Assembly (NCBI RefSeq): GCF_009914755.1
Contig: NC_060948.1
DNA from: the human T2T-CHM13v2.0 reference genome, Homo sapiens
DNA: 64,000 nucleotides
Direction: 5' to 3' (one strand)
Shown: positions 45,136 to 56,646 of the stretch, piece after piece
Layout of the letters: every line of letters begins with the position of its first letter
Position numbering within the stretch: the first letter of the stretch is position 1
The notes under the pieces: model-generated
The model's database searches: none
What the model was told of the DNA's origin: nothing
Seen by the model: the letters and a program-made list of their open reading frames with translations, nothing else
Program-made: the position numbers and the translations under genes

Positions 45136-46583
45136 ATTTTAAAAATTAGTAAAGAATTTTCAATTGAGTTAGCAGAAGTAAAAATAAACTTAAGTGGAAA
45201 TAGAACAACAAAATTGTAAACACTATTTCTCAGCAATTCATAGATTATCATACTAGGAATTGAAATGTACTTAGAACTCAATGATACCGCCAATATTAAA
45301 GATTAAATCTGTGAGTAGCAAGAAAAGTGATATTACAATAGGAGTTTACAGACAAATATTTCTCTAATAACTTGAAAATTAATGTACTAGATATTTCAAT
45401 AAAGAATTAGAAAAGAAACAACAGAATCAATTCTGAAAAACTAAAGTGTGGGAATAATGATGTAGACAAAATTAGTAAAACATACAAAGCTAACCTTTGC
45501 TTGTTGGAGAAATATAATAAATGATGCAACCGTCAGTCAAGTTTAGAAAAAAAGGGAGAAAACATAGATAAAACTAAGAATTTAAAAGGTACACAACCAT
45601 AGATACAGCATAGATTAAGAAGCTAATAAGGAAATATCATTAACACCTTAACCTACAAATTTGAAAACTTAGATCAAATAGACAGATATTTATAATCTGT
45701 CTATATATATAGACATATATATCGCTTTCTATATATATTTTCATATTTATACATAATTTTTATATTTGTATCTTACATTTATATATATAATATATAAACA
45801 TAAGCTATGTATATAGCTTAGTAAAATTGATACAAGAAGACATATATAATCTGTATAGTCTCATAAATGTTCAAGGAAATAAAGGATTCTTCCTAGAGAT
45901 AAAACGCTAGGCTCAGATTTTTTTCCCCAGGCAGAGCATTTCAATATATATGAAGAATTCTATAGAATAAAAAAGGGAAAATCCTAAACTCATTGTGTGA
46001 AGCAAGCAGAACTTTGACGCCAACAAGACATAAACTGAGTGTAGAAAAAGATATGAAAATTAAGGCCATTCTCATTCCTGAAGCAAATCGTAAAATCCCA
46101 AATGTAACAAGATTTATGTGGATTCTTTGAGGGTTAGAAGGAAATTTCCTTCTGCCAGATCCTGCTGCTCTGGGACAACCCACACACAAATTTATGTTTT
46201 GAGATTTTCTGTAATACCCATGCAATATGGAACTGGCTTGACAATCTGTGTGATAGCCAGCCTGTGGCCATGACTTCTCAGGGACACAAATCTTTTCTGT
46301 TTGCCTCCTTGTTCTGCTCAGCTCCAAGAGAACTTTGACCAAAGTTCCTTGAGCTTGGAAATAGGAATGGGTTTGCTTCTGTTTCACCCTTACTGTGAAG
46401 ATACAGTCCGGTGGAATCCAGATCCACTGGGAGAGAGTCGGCTATTAAACTCTTTTCATGAGTAGTCCCTAGGCCTTGACTGGAGTCTTTCTTGAGATAT
46501 GAGGCTAATAGTTCCTTCTTGGTCCACCACTTTTTGATATAATTAATGCTTCTTCTATTGGGAATTTTTAATTGTTTGGGAAG

Positions 46584-46936
46584 TGACATGGTTTGGTGTG
46601 TCTCCATTCAAATCTCAGCTTCAATTGTATCTCCCAGAATTCCCTCGTGTTGCGGGTGGGACCCAGGGGGAGGTAATTGAATCATGGGGGTCGGTCTTTC
46701 TCATGCTATTCTTGTGACAGTGAAGAAGTCTCACGGGATCTGATGGGTTTTTCAGGGGTTTCTGCCTCAGGTTCTTCCTCATTCTCTCTTGGCATTGCCA
46801 TGTAAGAAGTGCCTTTATTCGTATACCATGATTCTGAGGCCTCCACAGCCATGTGGAACTGTCAGTCCAATTAAACCTCCTTTTATTCCCAGTTTCAGGT
46901 ATGTCTTCTTCAGCAGCGTGAAAATGAACTAAGACA
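46584..46936 (+). mobile_element. THE1 (MaLR) solo LTR, paralog of 27965-28317
   Basis: tgacatggtttggtgtgtc...gtgaaaatgaactaagaca with the same flanks. Confidence 0.92.
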
Positions 46937-47074
46937 GGAGGTTTGGTCCAAATAACCTTGGCTTCCATGATAGAAGATAGAAGTTGCTGAAATGTTTAAT
47001 CTTTTCTGTGGCAACCTTTTGCAGTGGGTCTTATTTTTCTCATTTTTTTTTTCTTGTTCTCTTCACCTTTCTTT

Positions 47075-47700
47075 CTCACAGGGTACTCTCGCTCTGTAGA
47101 CCAGGCTGGAGCGCAGTGGCAGGATCTCAGCTCAACACATCCTCCGCCTCCCAGGTTCAGCCTCTGCAGTAGCTGGGATTACAAGCATGCATCACCACGC
47201 TCAGCTAATGTTTTGTATTTTTAGTAGAAGCCAGGCTTCACCATGTTGGCCAGGCTGCTCTCCTACTACAGATCTCAGGTGACCCGCCCGACTCAGCTTC
47301 CCAAAATCCAGAGTGCTGGGAATACAGGTGTGAGCCACCGAGCCCAGCCAACTCCAGTATTTTTTACCTAAGCCAGTGGACGAGTGGAGTTGCCTTTATT
47401 TTTTTTTTTCTTTTTTCAGTCATGGTCTCGCTGTGTCATCCAGGCTGGAGTGCAGTAGTCTGATCTTGGCTTACTATACAATCTCTGCCACCCATGTTCA
47501 GGTGGTTCTCCTACCTCAGCCTCCCAAGTAGCTGGGACCACAGGAAAGTGCCACTAGGTCTGGCTAATTTTTGTATTTTTGGTAGAGACAGCTTTTTGCC
47601 ATGTTGCCCATGCTGGTCTCCAACTCCTGACCTCAAGTGACCCACCAACCTCGGCCTCCCAAAATGTAGAAATTACAACAAGAGCCACGAAGCCTGGCCT
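47075..47700 (-). mobile_element. Two adjacent AluS elements, paralogs of 28450-29063
   Basis: Alu motifs in colinear position. Confidence 0.9.
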
Positions 47701-49744
47701 GGAGTTGTGGCTTTTTGACATAAGAAATCTGTGGAGGGAAAAGCTTGGTTTGTGGGAGCACCTGAGCTCAGTTTGGCTCAAAGGTTTGGGATACCTATTA
47801 TTGAGTGGCAGTGATGGTATGTTGTTAATGCACAATATGTTCCTGTATATAGCATATGTCTATGCTCATCAGATATTTTCAGGTAAAAAAAGATAGTCAT
47901 TCCAGTAGTTTGAGCCATTATAGCAATTTCCACCAGGGGATTTCACAGTCCAATTCCAGTTGTGGGCAACAGTGATTAACATAATGGTAATTAATGAGAA
48001 GAGATTTTGAGACGTCCAGCCACGTTTCCATGTCAGTGCCTTGTTTGCAGTATTATGAAGAAAGAGTGCATTGGACTAGATACTAAGAAAAACATTGAAT
48101 TATTTTTCTTGCCTCTATAACATCAAAGGACAATTAGAGATATAGAAACTATGGAACATTTCACAGCATGGCTTGACATTTCACTGAACTTTTATCCTTT
48201 TAACCATGTACAAAGTTTGTTACCTATGCAAAGGTAGGACTGCAAAAGGAAGACAGAGGTGGAGTCAGAGGTCACAATCCACAGCAAGGTGACACTCTTG
48301 TTGATCGCACCTTGAAAGCCAAATTAGAGCGAGAATTAACTTTCCGGTTGCCGTAAGAGAACAAGGAGAATGAAGCTACCAGCAGTTAACAGTATTGGAT
48401 TAATTGAAATGAAGGTGGACAGATTTTTTTGGCTTTCCATCAAATTGAGTAAAGAAAAGGTAACCGCTTATCTAATTTCACACACATACAATTATGGATT
48501 AATTAAAAGATTACACAACCCATATATTATGGGTTTCTCATATAAGTGTATATATACATGGGCAAACTCACAGTGTGCCAGTATGTGTCTATATCCAAAT
48601 ATATACAAATCCATGTCCAACAGTTAGCAAGTGAGAAATTCTCTTCCATTTCACCATTCCCTTTCCTAGAATTTTTTCATAAATATAATTTTTCCATATA
48701 TTTGAAGCCTACTCTCTGGAGGCATGTAATGCATGCATGCAGTAAACCTGTGCGATATCACAATGTTGGTGTCAGAGAAAACTATAACACCGATGTTATA
48801 AAAGATTAATTGTGAGGAGAAAGTTATGCTTCGCATTACTACAAATACACAAGTATGATTTCATCCAAAGCTGAAATCAGTCAATATAATTTGTTTTTAA
48901 TGTTTTATTTAAAATCCTTAATTTCAACAGGATTACTCAAGAAAAATAACGTTATTGGTATTAAATAATGTTGATGTATTCCCTTTAATTGTTGATTATT
49001 TAAAATGTCAGTAAAGTAGTAAATGGCACTGTACAATGTAGTTTCATGAAGCATTCTTTATACTTTTCATAAAATTGATAGTCTCCATGGAATATTTTAA
49101 GACTGAGGAAGTTCCATATATCATTTGATTGTACTTTCACTTTATTACTTGCTTGCATGTCATAACTGATGGAAATAAAACTATGTATATTTACAAATAT
49201 GAAAAACATGGATTTTTGTTTACGTTTTCTAGTGAGACAGTTACCAATAATTTTATCTATATAGGAAAATTTTTACAAACCCAAAGTTCTAATGTTTCTT
49301 TTCTTTGAAGTTTCGTATTTCAGTCTAGGTATGTAATGGAATTGGCTGTGATCATTCTTTGATTTCAGTGTTATTTGTGAGTTTCTGATATGCTTTTAGG
49401 AATGTATAGAGTTTAACGCTTGCTTTCTTCTTCTTCCTCTACCTTTGGACCTGTATATGCGATGTCTGCAGTAATGTGCAGTGCTATCTGACATACGGTT
49501 GCTGAAAGATACAAGCATATATAGAATTCTTCGTTTCAGTGAATCTTTAGGAACAGACAAGTAACCTGAGAGATAATTACGGTATGAATGTAAGCAAGCA
49601 GTTTATCATAGAGGTACAATAAGGGTGAAAATAAATTTAAAAATACATGCCTCATCCAAAACATGAGGTAGTAAAAATGAAAAATTTAAGTTGGCATAAA
49701 GAACACTTTAAAAGTTCTGATTCTTTCTGGTGAGAGCAAGGAGC

Positions 49745-50520
49745 TCAGAAACCATGAGAAAGTCCTTCAAAGCTGCATGTTGGATTTGCAGGTCAGGATG
49801 GAAAGCCTGGGTCTGGGGGAGGGTGCTAAGGTCCTGGTCAGGTTGAGGTCCTTCTGGGGCTCAGGTGTGTCTCAGCGGGAAAGCTGGGAAGGGGAAACGC
49901 ATGCTTCACCCCGGCTAGAATGCCACCTCAGCCCACCTAGATGAAATTGCCCCTTCACAGCCCTGTTTCTCCTTCTTGGACAGGCAGGTGGAGGAACTCG
50001 GCCACCCTGAATACAAGGGGTAGGAAGAAGTTTGCCTTTCATCACAACATTTACTTCGGAAACAAAGTGATGACTAAGGAGTATTGCGTTGGCATCCTCC
50101 CTGAGGAGTAGAGGGGGTAGTACCTCGGAAGCTGGGCCTGGCGTGCGCCTTCCTGACTCGTCTCCCTCCAGGATACAGGGCGACTGGCTCCACTGCAGTC
50201 CAGTGGTTCTAGGGTCATGCAGGTGAAAGCCCGAGTTTCCCGCAGGTCACTGCCTGAGCTTCTTCAGCTGGTTGTCTGACTGTGAGGGCCCAGGTTACGG
50301 CACGATTGCTGAGGTGGGGCAGCTATGGGGCATCATGGCAAAGGACCTTCTTCGACATTCCTTGGCATCGGAGGAATTGGCTTTGAACCAGAACCTGACC
50401 TGTCACGACCAATTTGCCCAGTCCACCAGATCATCAGCCAGGGCCTGTGGCTCTATATTCTGCAGCACTACCCAAGGGAGTTAGGCCCTCAGAGAGGGAA
50501 CAGAGAAGAGGCCAGGGAAG
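49745..50520 (+). pseudogene. Diverged partial TSPY-family relic (end of exon 2, exons 3-5), paralog of 31110-31920
   Basis: Exon 2 ends at 49791. Exon 3 49988-50100 (VEELGHP...FHHNIYFGNKVMTKEYCVGIL, donor lost). Exon 4 50172-50313 (...SFFSWLSDCEGPGYGTIAE). Exon 5 from 50430 (IISQGLWLYILQHYP). Confidence 0.85.
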
Positions 50521-51254
50521 CAGCCCAGGGCTGGGGGTTGACAGGCCTGTGGGTCCTGGAGTTAGGACACACATAGAGAAGCCAAGGCTCAGGGAGGAGA
50601 CTGCAGTAAGGAAACTCAGGCCATCATGGGCTGGTGGAGAAATGCCCATCAGGGAACTGTGGTACCCACATTTCACGATGGGGGAACCGTAATCTGCTTA
50701 ATAGGCATAAGTAGCTAAGGTCAATGGGTGGGAAGCCAGGGTCAAGAGATAGCTGCCTCATCATCCCTTGCTAGCTACTTCCCTGTCCTGAGGCTTGCTT
50801 CTACCTGGGGTTCAGTTTGGGCTCAACCAGGGATCTCTCACCCTCCACACAGATGCCCACCTGAGGCCTCTCTAGGTCTGCGTCCTCCCAGAATGACTCT
50901 CCCAGGCCTGCTAAGTACCGTTTGGATGACACCACGCTCCACTGACATGCTTGGTTCCCTCCGCCATCCTCATTCACCCAGCAACTCCCCACCCCAAAAA
51001 AGGCAGGCCACCGCACAGGGAATCTGGAGGACCACACAGGGCTCACAGGGGAGGAAATGTGAAGAGATGGCAAAACAGAACAGGACATTCCGTGTGTTTC
51101 CAGAAGGCAATCTGGCTGGATATTAAGGCCCACCTCAGTATTGGTGAGGACACCCAGTGTCTCTTGGCCCTGAGCATGTGCACACAAACACGCACATTGT
51201 CTAAACGGCATTGACATCACTACTACCTGAGTCATCCTCAGATTCTATACAACC

Positions 51255-53000
51255 CCTGTAAAAATATCAATGACACATTCTTCTTAGAAAAACAATCTGG
51301 GAATCCCAAATTTGCTATGAAATGGCAGAAGATCCTGAAAACCCAGAGCAATCCAGTAAAAAGCACAAAGCTGGAGCCACCACACTACCTAACTTCATGA
51401 TATACTACTACAAAACTTTTTGTACCAAAATACAATAGCACTGGCAGAAAAGCAGAGACTAGAGCTTAGGAAAAACAACAGGAGCCCAGAACTAAGTCAC
51501 TGCATTTGCAGCTCACAGCCTTTTCCCAAAGAAGCAAGAACGCCCAATGCAAAATCAAGTATCTTCTATAAACTAGGTTGGGGAAATCTGAATAGCCACA
51601 CAAAGGATTTTACAAGTGGATTATTTATCACCAAACTCCAGTGTCAGATGTGAAACGATAAAAATAGCAGAAGAGATCACAAGGAAGAAGCTCCATGGCG
51701 TCCGTGTGTGCAATGATGGTCTCAAAGTGACTGCAAGAACACAGTAAACACCATCAAAAATAGAGAATGGAATCATATCAAACTAAAGTGCTTCACCACA
51801 CCATAGAAAACTCAACATACAGAAGGGGCATCCTACAGGATGGGAGCAATGATTGGATCACCATACATCTGTTCATGGGGGAATAGTCACAGTACATAAG
51901 GAACTCCCAACAACTCAATAGCATGAAAACAAATGGGCGAAGGCTGCGAAGACTCATTTGTGAAACTGAGACTTACAGTTGCCCAGAAGACACACTAAAA
52001 ATTCCTCATTATCCCCAATCCATCACGAAAATGCAAATCAAAAACACAATGAGATTTCTTCTCACTTCAGTCAGAATGCATATTATCCGAAAGACAAACA
52101 AACAAAAAAAAAAAAAGAAAGAAAAGAAAACCCTAATCTCTGGTGAGGAGGCAGAGAAAACGAATTCCCTGCTCACTTTTGGGGAGAATGTAAATTAGTG
52201 CTGGCATTAAAGAAGCTTTATGGCTCTTATTTAAGTATAAACAGTCTTCAGAAATCTACAAGTAGAACCACCCACTATATGATCCAGCAAATCAGAATAC
52301 CCGGGCACGCCCGCCAGTACACAGATCAGTATGTCGAAGCGGTGCGCGCACCCATGCAATTATTGCTGCACTCATTACATTTTTGCTGTAGCCAAAATAC
52401 GGAAGCAACCTGAGTGTCCCTCCATTGATAAGTGGATTAAAAAATGGGGCAAAAACGCATATGCGCAACGGAAATATGCGCTGCAGTAAGAAATCAGGAA
52501 ATCCTGCCAGTTGTGAGAATGTGTGGGAATCTGCTGAATGTGTGCATGCCATTCTGTTAAGTGACATAAGCCAGGTATCAGAAAGGAAAATAGCACATGA
52601 TCTCATTCTTATATGAAATCAAAAAAGCGGACTTCACAGAAGTAGTGACTCCAATGACTGCGGTGAAGAGGGTGCACTGACGAGATGCTGGATGAAGAAC
52701 TCATACTTCTAGTTATAAAGGAGGAATAGGTTAAAAATATTTTCTTCAGCATGCTCACTATAACTAGTGGTAACATATTCTTTCTCTAAAAATATTCGAA
52801 TACAGTGCAGGTCAAGTTTTTTCACAACAAAAATGACAACTATGTGAGGTCACACATATGTTGATTGGCTGGATGTATCCAATGCATAATGTATATGACC
52901 TGTTGAACATCACGCCTTAAGTTGTAAATATGTATCATTTCATATGACGTTTTTTAAACAAACATACAGTTTTTAAAATGCCTTAACAAAATAAATGCAA
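51255..53000 (+). mobile_element. Old L1MA 3' portion, paralog of 32640-34400
   Basis: Colinear L1 ORF2 and 3' UTR remnants. Confidence 0.8.
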
Positions 53001-53094
53001 ATACAATATTTTACTATAAAGCAGTGCTTTTCTTTTCTAGCAAAGTCTTTTTCATGACACAGGAAAGAATGCAAGCCATTTCGTAACTTGAGAA

Positions 53095-53248
53095 ATAAAT
53101 ACATATGTGTACATGTATATATATACGTATATACATGTATATATGTATATAAATGTGCGTATATACATGTATATATGTATATAAATGTGCATATATACTT
53201 ATATACATGTATATACGTATATATGTGTGCATATATGTATTTTTATAT

Positions 53249-53280
<32 letters not shown>
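53095..53280. repeat. (TATATG/TA)n low-complexity tract
   Basis: Read directly from the sequence. Confidence 0.95.
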
Positions 53281-53284
<4 letters not shown>

Positions 53285-53424
53285 ATCCCAATGAATGCTG
53301 ATGATGAGTTGAAAGATAGAAATTCCAGGCACAGAGACTATAGTCCATGAATTGAAACCTTCAGTGCATGTTTCAAAACAAGACGTGAGGAGGAGGAAGA
53401 AAAAAGCAAAAAACACAAAGCCAT

Positions 53425-53730
53425 GGCAGGGCCATGGGTCACACCTGTCATCCCAGCACTTTGATAAGCTGAGGTGGGAGGATTGCCTGCACTCAGGAGT
53501 TCCAGATGAGCCTGGGGCAACATGGACCCACATTCAAAAAGTAAGTATTTAGTTAATTAATACATAGCTTGGAGGGGTGGCATGCACCTGTACTGCCAGG
53601 TGTGTGAGAGTCTGAGTTGACAGGATCACATGGGTGTGTGGTGCCTGGGCTGCAGTGGGCTGAGATCGTGGGGCTGCTGTCCAACCTAGAAGACAGAGTA
53701 AGACCCATTCTCGGAAAACAAACAAGAAAA
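53425..53730 (+). mobile_element. Degenerate AluJ, paralog of 34665-34960
   Basis: cacacctgtcatcccagcactttgataagctgaggtgggaggattgc...gacagagtaagaccc. Confidence 0.8.
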
Positions 53731-56389
53731 CAGTCACATTAGGTAAATTAAAACTATGTAGTGTGAGGAGAATCAAAATAAACGAAACATCATTAGAGCC
53801 TACGCGATGTGATGAAGGAAACCAGCTTTCACATAATAACAGCCCCGGCTGGGGAGAACAATGAGAAAGGGCAGAGAGAACCCTGTAAATAATAACAAGC
53901 CAAATTCCCCAAATGAGTTAAAACACATAAAAGTACGAAGAGTGCTTCTTTTCAATTCAATGCCCTTGAATTCAGAATTAGAAAGTAAACCCAGATAGAG
54001 AATAGAAAGATAGACGATACAGATGGAGAGAGTGTGGTGGGGAAGCAAGGGAAGGATGAAAGGAGGGGTGTAAAGGAAGGAAAGGAAAAAAGGAAGGGAG
54101 AGAGAGTGACAGATGTTCAAAGACACAGATACAAAGTCTACAATGGTTGTAGAGATAGGCATGTGCAAATTGCCGCAGGGAGTGTGGAAAAATATCGGAA
54201 CCACGGAGACATAGGTGGAGTCAGAGAAAATATACAAACCCGCACAGAGAAATAAACATACGCAACCACAAACACACACGTGCTACTTTAAACACGAAAA
54301 GACACCAAGTCCCTGTCGGTACAAATCACAGATGTGCTTCCGAGTTACTGAGGCACGGTGCAAATTTGTCAGTGCCCTTAGCATCTGTGGCCCACGTGCA
54401 CGGATATTCAGTGGAAGAAGCATTACACAGCCTGTATAATTCAGCACGATCTGTGATAATACCAGAAGAAGGGATCTCATGTGAAATCACTAGACTGAAT
54501 TGCACGTAGGATTCAAGGAAGAAGCCCAGTCTGCTGCATTCACTCGGTGGGGTGGCAATATGGCTGAGCCACCAACCCGTGGCACGCCCATCCATCGTAG
54601 ACAGTTCCTGGTTTGCTACCTGCCTTGGAAAAAGCTCCTCCCCTACCACCACTTTAAAACAGGCTAGCTCCAAAACTAGCCCTGGCATCTATTTACGGTC
54701 ATTTTCTTATCTATTTACCTCCTAGAAAAATCATTGCAAGACCCTTTCCTCAACATTTTCCTATGCCTTAAATTTGGGGCAACACGTTTTAAGACGACCT
54801 CGTTATAGGCAAGTCCCCAGACGTTTCCTAATCTGAGTTGCCCAGAGTGCACACACCAATCTGTTGCCCCATTGCCGCTATAGGGATACCGTACTGGACC
54901 ACAGTGTCTTTGACATGCACACAGTAGGATAGAGGGCAGCTTGAGGGGGCCAAAGGGTTCCGACTGTTTTCAGAATAATTTGCTTAGAACACCTGTTTCT
55001 CCTGTGTTTGTGGGTCAGGGGGACGGTAGTCAGAGGAGGACAAGACTCCCGCTCCAGAGCTTCAGAGGTCTGCATAGGAGCAGGGACAAAACCGGGCGAT
55101 AGATTTTCAAAGCTCAACTGCTTTGACACCGAGCAGGAGGGGTAGAATGCATATTGCAGGCACCACAACAGATTCAGGAACTTTGACTGTCAAACCCTCT
55201 TCCCTGAAACAACATAGCTCTTCTCACAGAAGCTGTGCTGACCAGAGTCTATACGGGACAGCAATGTTAGCACTCTAGTAGCGTGTGGTCAACATGGATG
55301 CTCGTGTTGGAACTGTTTCATCTGGGAACAGGAAAGAAAGTTCTGCCTCCGACACTGAAATCCTCCTGCCCCATCCTTGACAGAGGCAACCCCTTGTCTT
55401 GTGCAGACACACGTGTTCCTGGGAAGCAGCCTCCCACTCGCGAATGAAAGCTGTATGTTTTGTCCTCCTGTGTGAGGCTTGCAAAACATATTCCGCAACT
55501 ATATTCGCTTTACGTTCTAAACCTTAGGCAAACTATGCTGAAGAGGCCACAGAAAATTTAGGGGCCCTGGGCTCCAGATACAATCTGCAGTGCCAATCAC
55601 GAGGGAGAACAGAGCCTCACTAGACTTTGCAAGAGCACAAAATGCACTCGTACTGTTGTTAGCTACATACGTTATTGGCTCCTCACCTAACACAGAATCT
55701 TGGAGAAAAGCTTAAAACAACTAAAGATGTAAACATCAACAAGAGTGTCCATATCCTGGGTCATCAAGTGACAAGAGAGTCCATGGATGGATTCTCCAAC
55801 AATCTTATATTCCACTAATCCACCCCCTTTCCCCTCACTTCTGTAAGTTTCTGTTTTCCCTTAGTCATCTATGCCAAAAGCGTATCCTGAATGCCTTCCC
55901 ACATGCCTCTGTCACCTTTCCCACAGTCCCTCCATACACCTTACATGCCCATTTCTTCTCACGTTGATGTTTTAGAAGTCCTGAGAGGCTGATTGTCCCA
56001 GAAAAGGATCATGCATTCACCTTTAAAAGAACATGTGGATTCAACACGAAAGCGAACTTTAAGATTTCCATCATCCTGTGCTTAGCTACTGTGTATGATG
56101 ATACCCAAAATGAAGGATTTTGGAGGTCCCAGCAAACTGGGCCCTGGAAACCCAGTAACCCCATTCCTTGAACTATCTCTGCTTCCATAGGACGAAGTCA
56201 GCCTCCAACTAAGCTGTCTTTTGCTTTTACCTCTCCCACTCTGTCCTGTAGGAAGAATCCCAACACATCCCACACCCATTCACTCTACAACTTTAGAGGC
56301 CCAGCTCCAACGCAGACTGGTTATTTCCATGAAGAGAATAAAGCACGTGGATTGATCAATTCATTATGACACCCGAATAAAGTGGATAA

Positions 56390-56450
56390 ACATACACACA
56401 CACACACACACACACAAACACAAAGACACACACACACACACAGACACAGA
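56390..56450. repeat. (CA)n tract, i.e. a GU-rich element just downstream of the TSPY poly(A) signal
   Basis: Read directly. It is (TG)n on the TSPY sense strand. Confidence 0.85.
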
Positions 56451-56470
56451 GTCACACATCCTTGAGAATG

Positions 56471-56476
56471 TTTATT
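56471..56476 (-). terminator. AATAAA polyadenylation signal of the intact TSPY
   Basis: tttatt on the plus strand, about 170 nt past the stop codon and followed by a GT-rich tract. Confidence 0.8.
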
Positions 56477-56646
56477 TTTCATTCCATACAATCCACATTT
56501 ACCCCCTCTTCCTGAATTTTTGTGACTCGATCTCTTTTTCCTTTAGTTCCTGTGCATAAGACCATGCTGAGTACTGCTGTCCTGCATATGGCTGTAACTT
56601 TTTAGGAGTTCTGCTGTATTAGGTAAAATCTGATGCTCCATCATAT

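Larger units (their letters stand above)
41530..49200 (+). ncRNA. FAM197Y9: Probable FAM197Y-family transcript locus antisense to TSPY within the 20.3-kb unit (boundaries approximate)
   Basis: It is known that each TSPY unit carries an opposite-strand FAM197Y gene. The extent here is recalled, and downstream exons cannot be derived from sequence alone. Confidence 0.5.
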
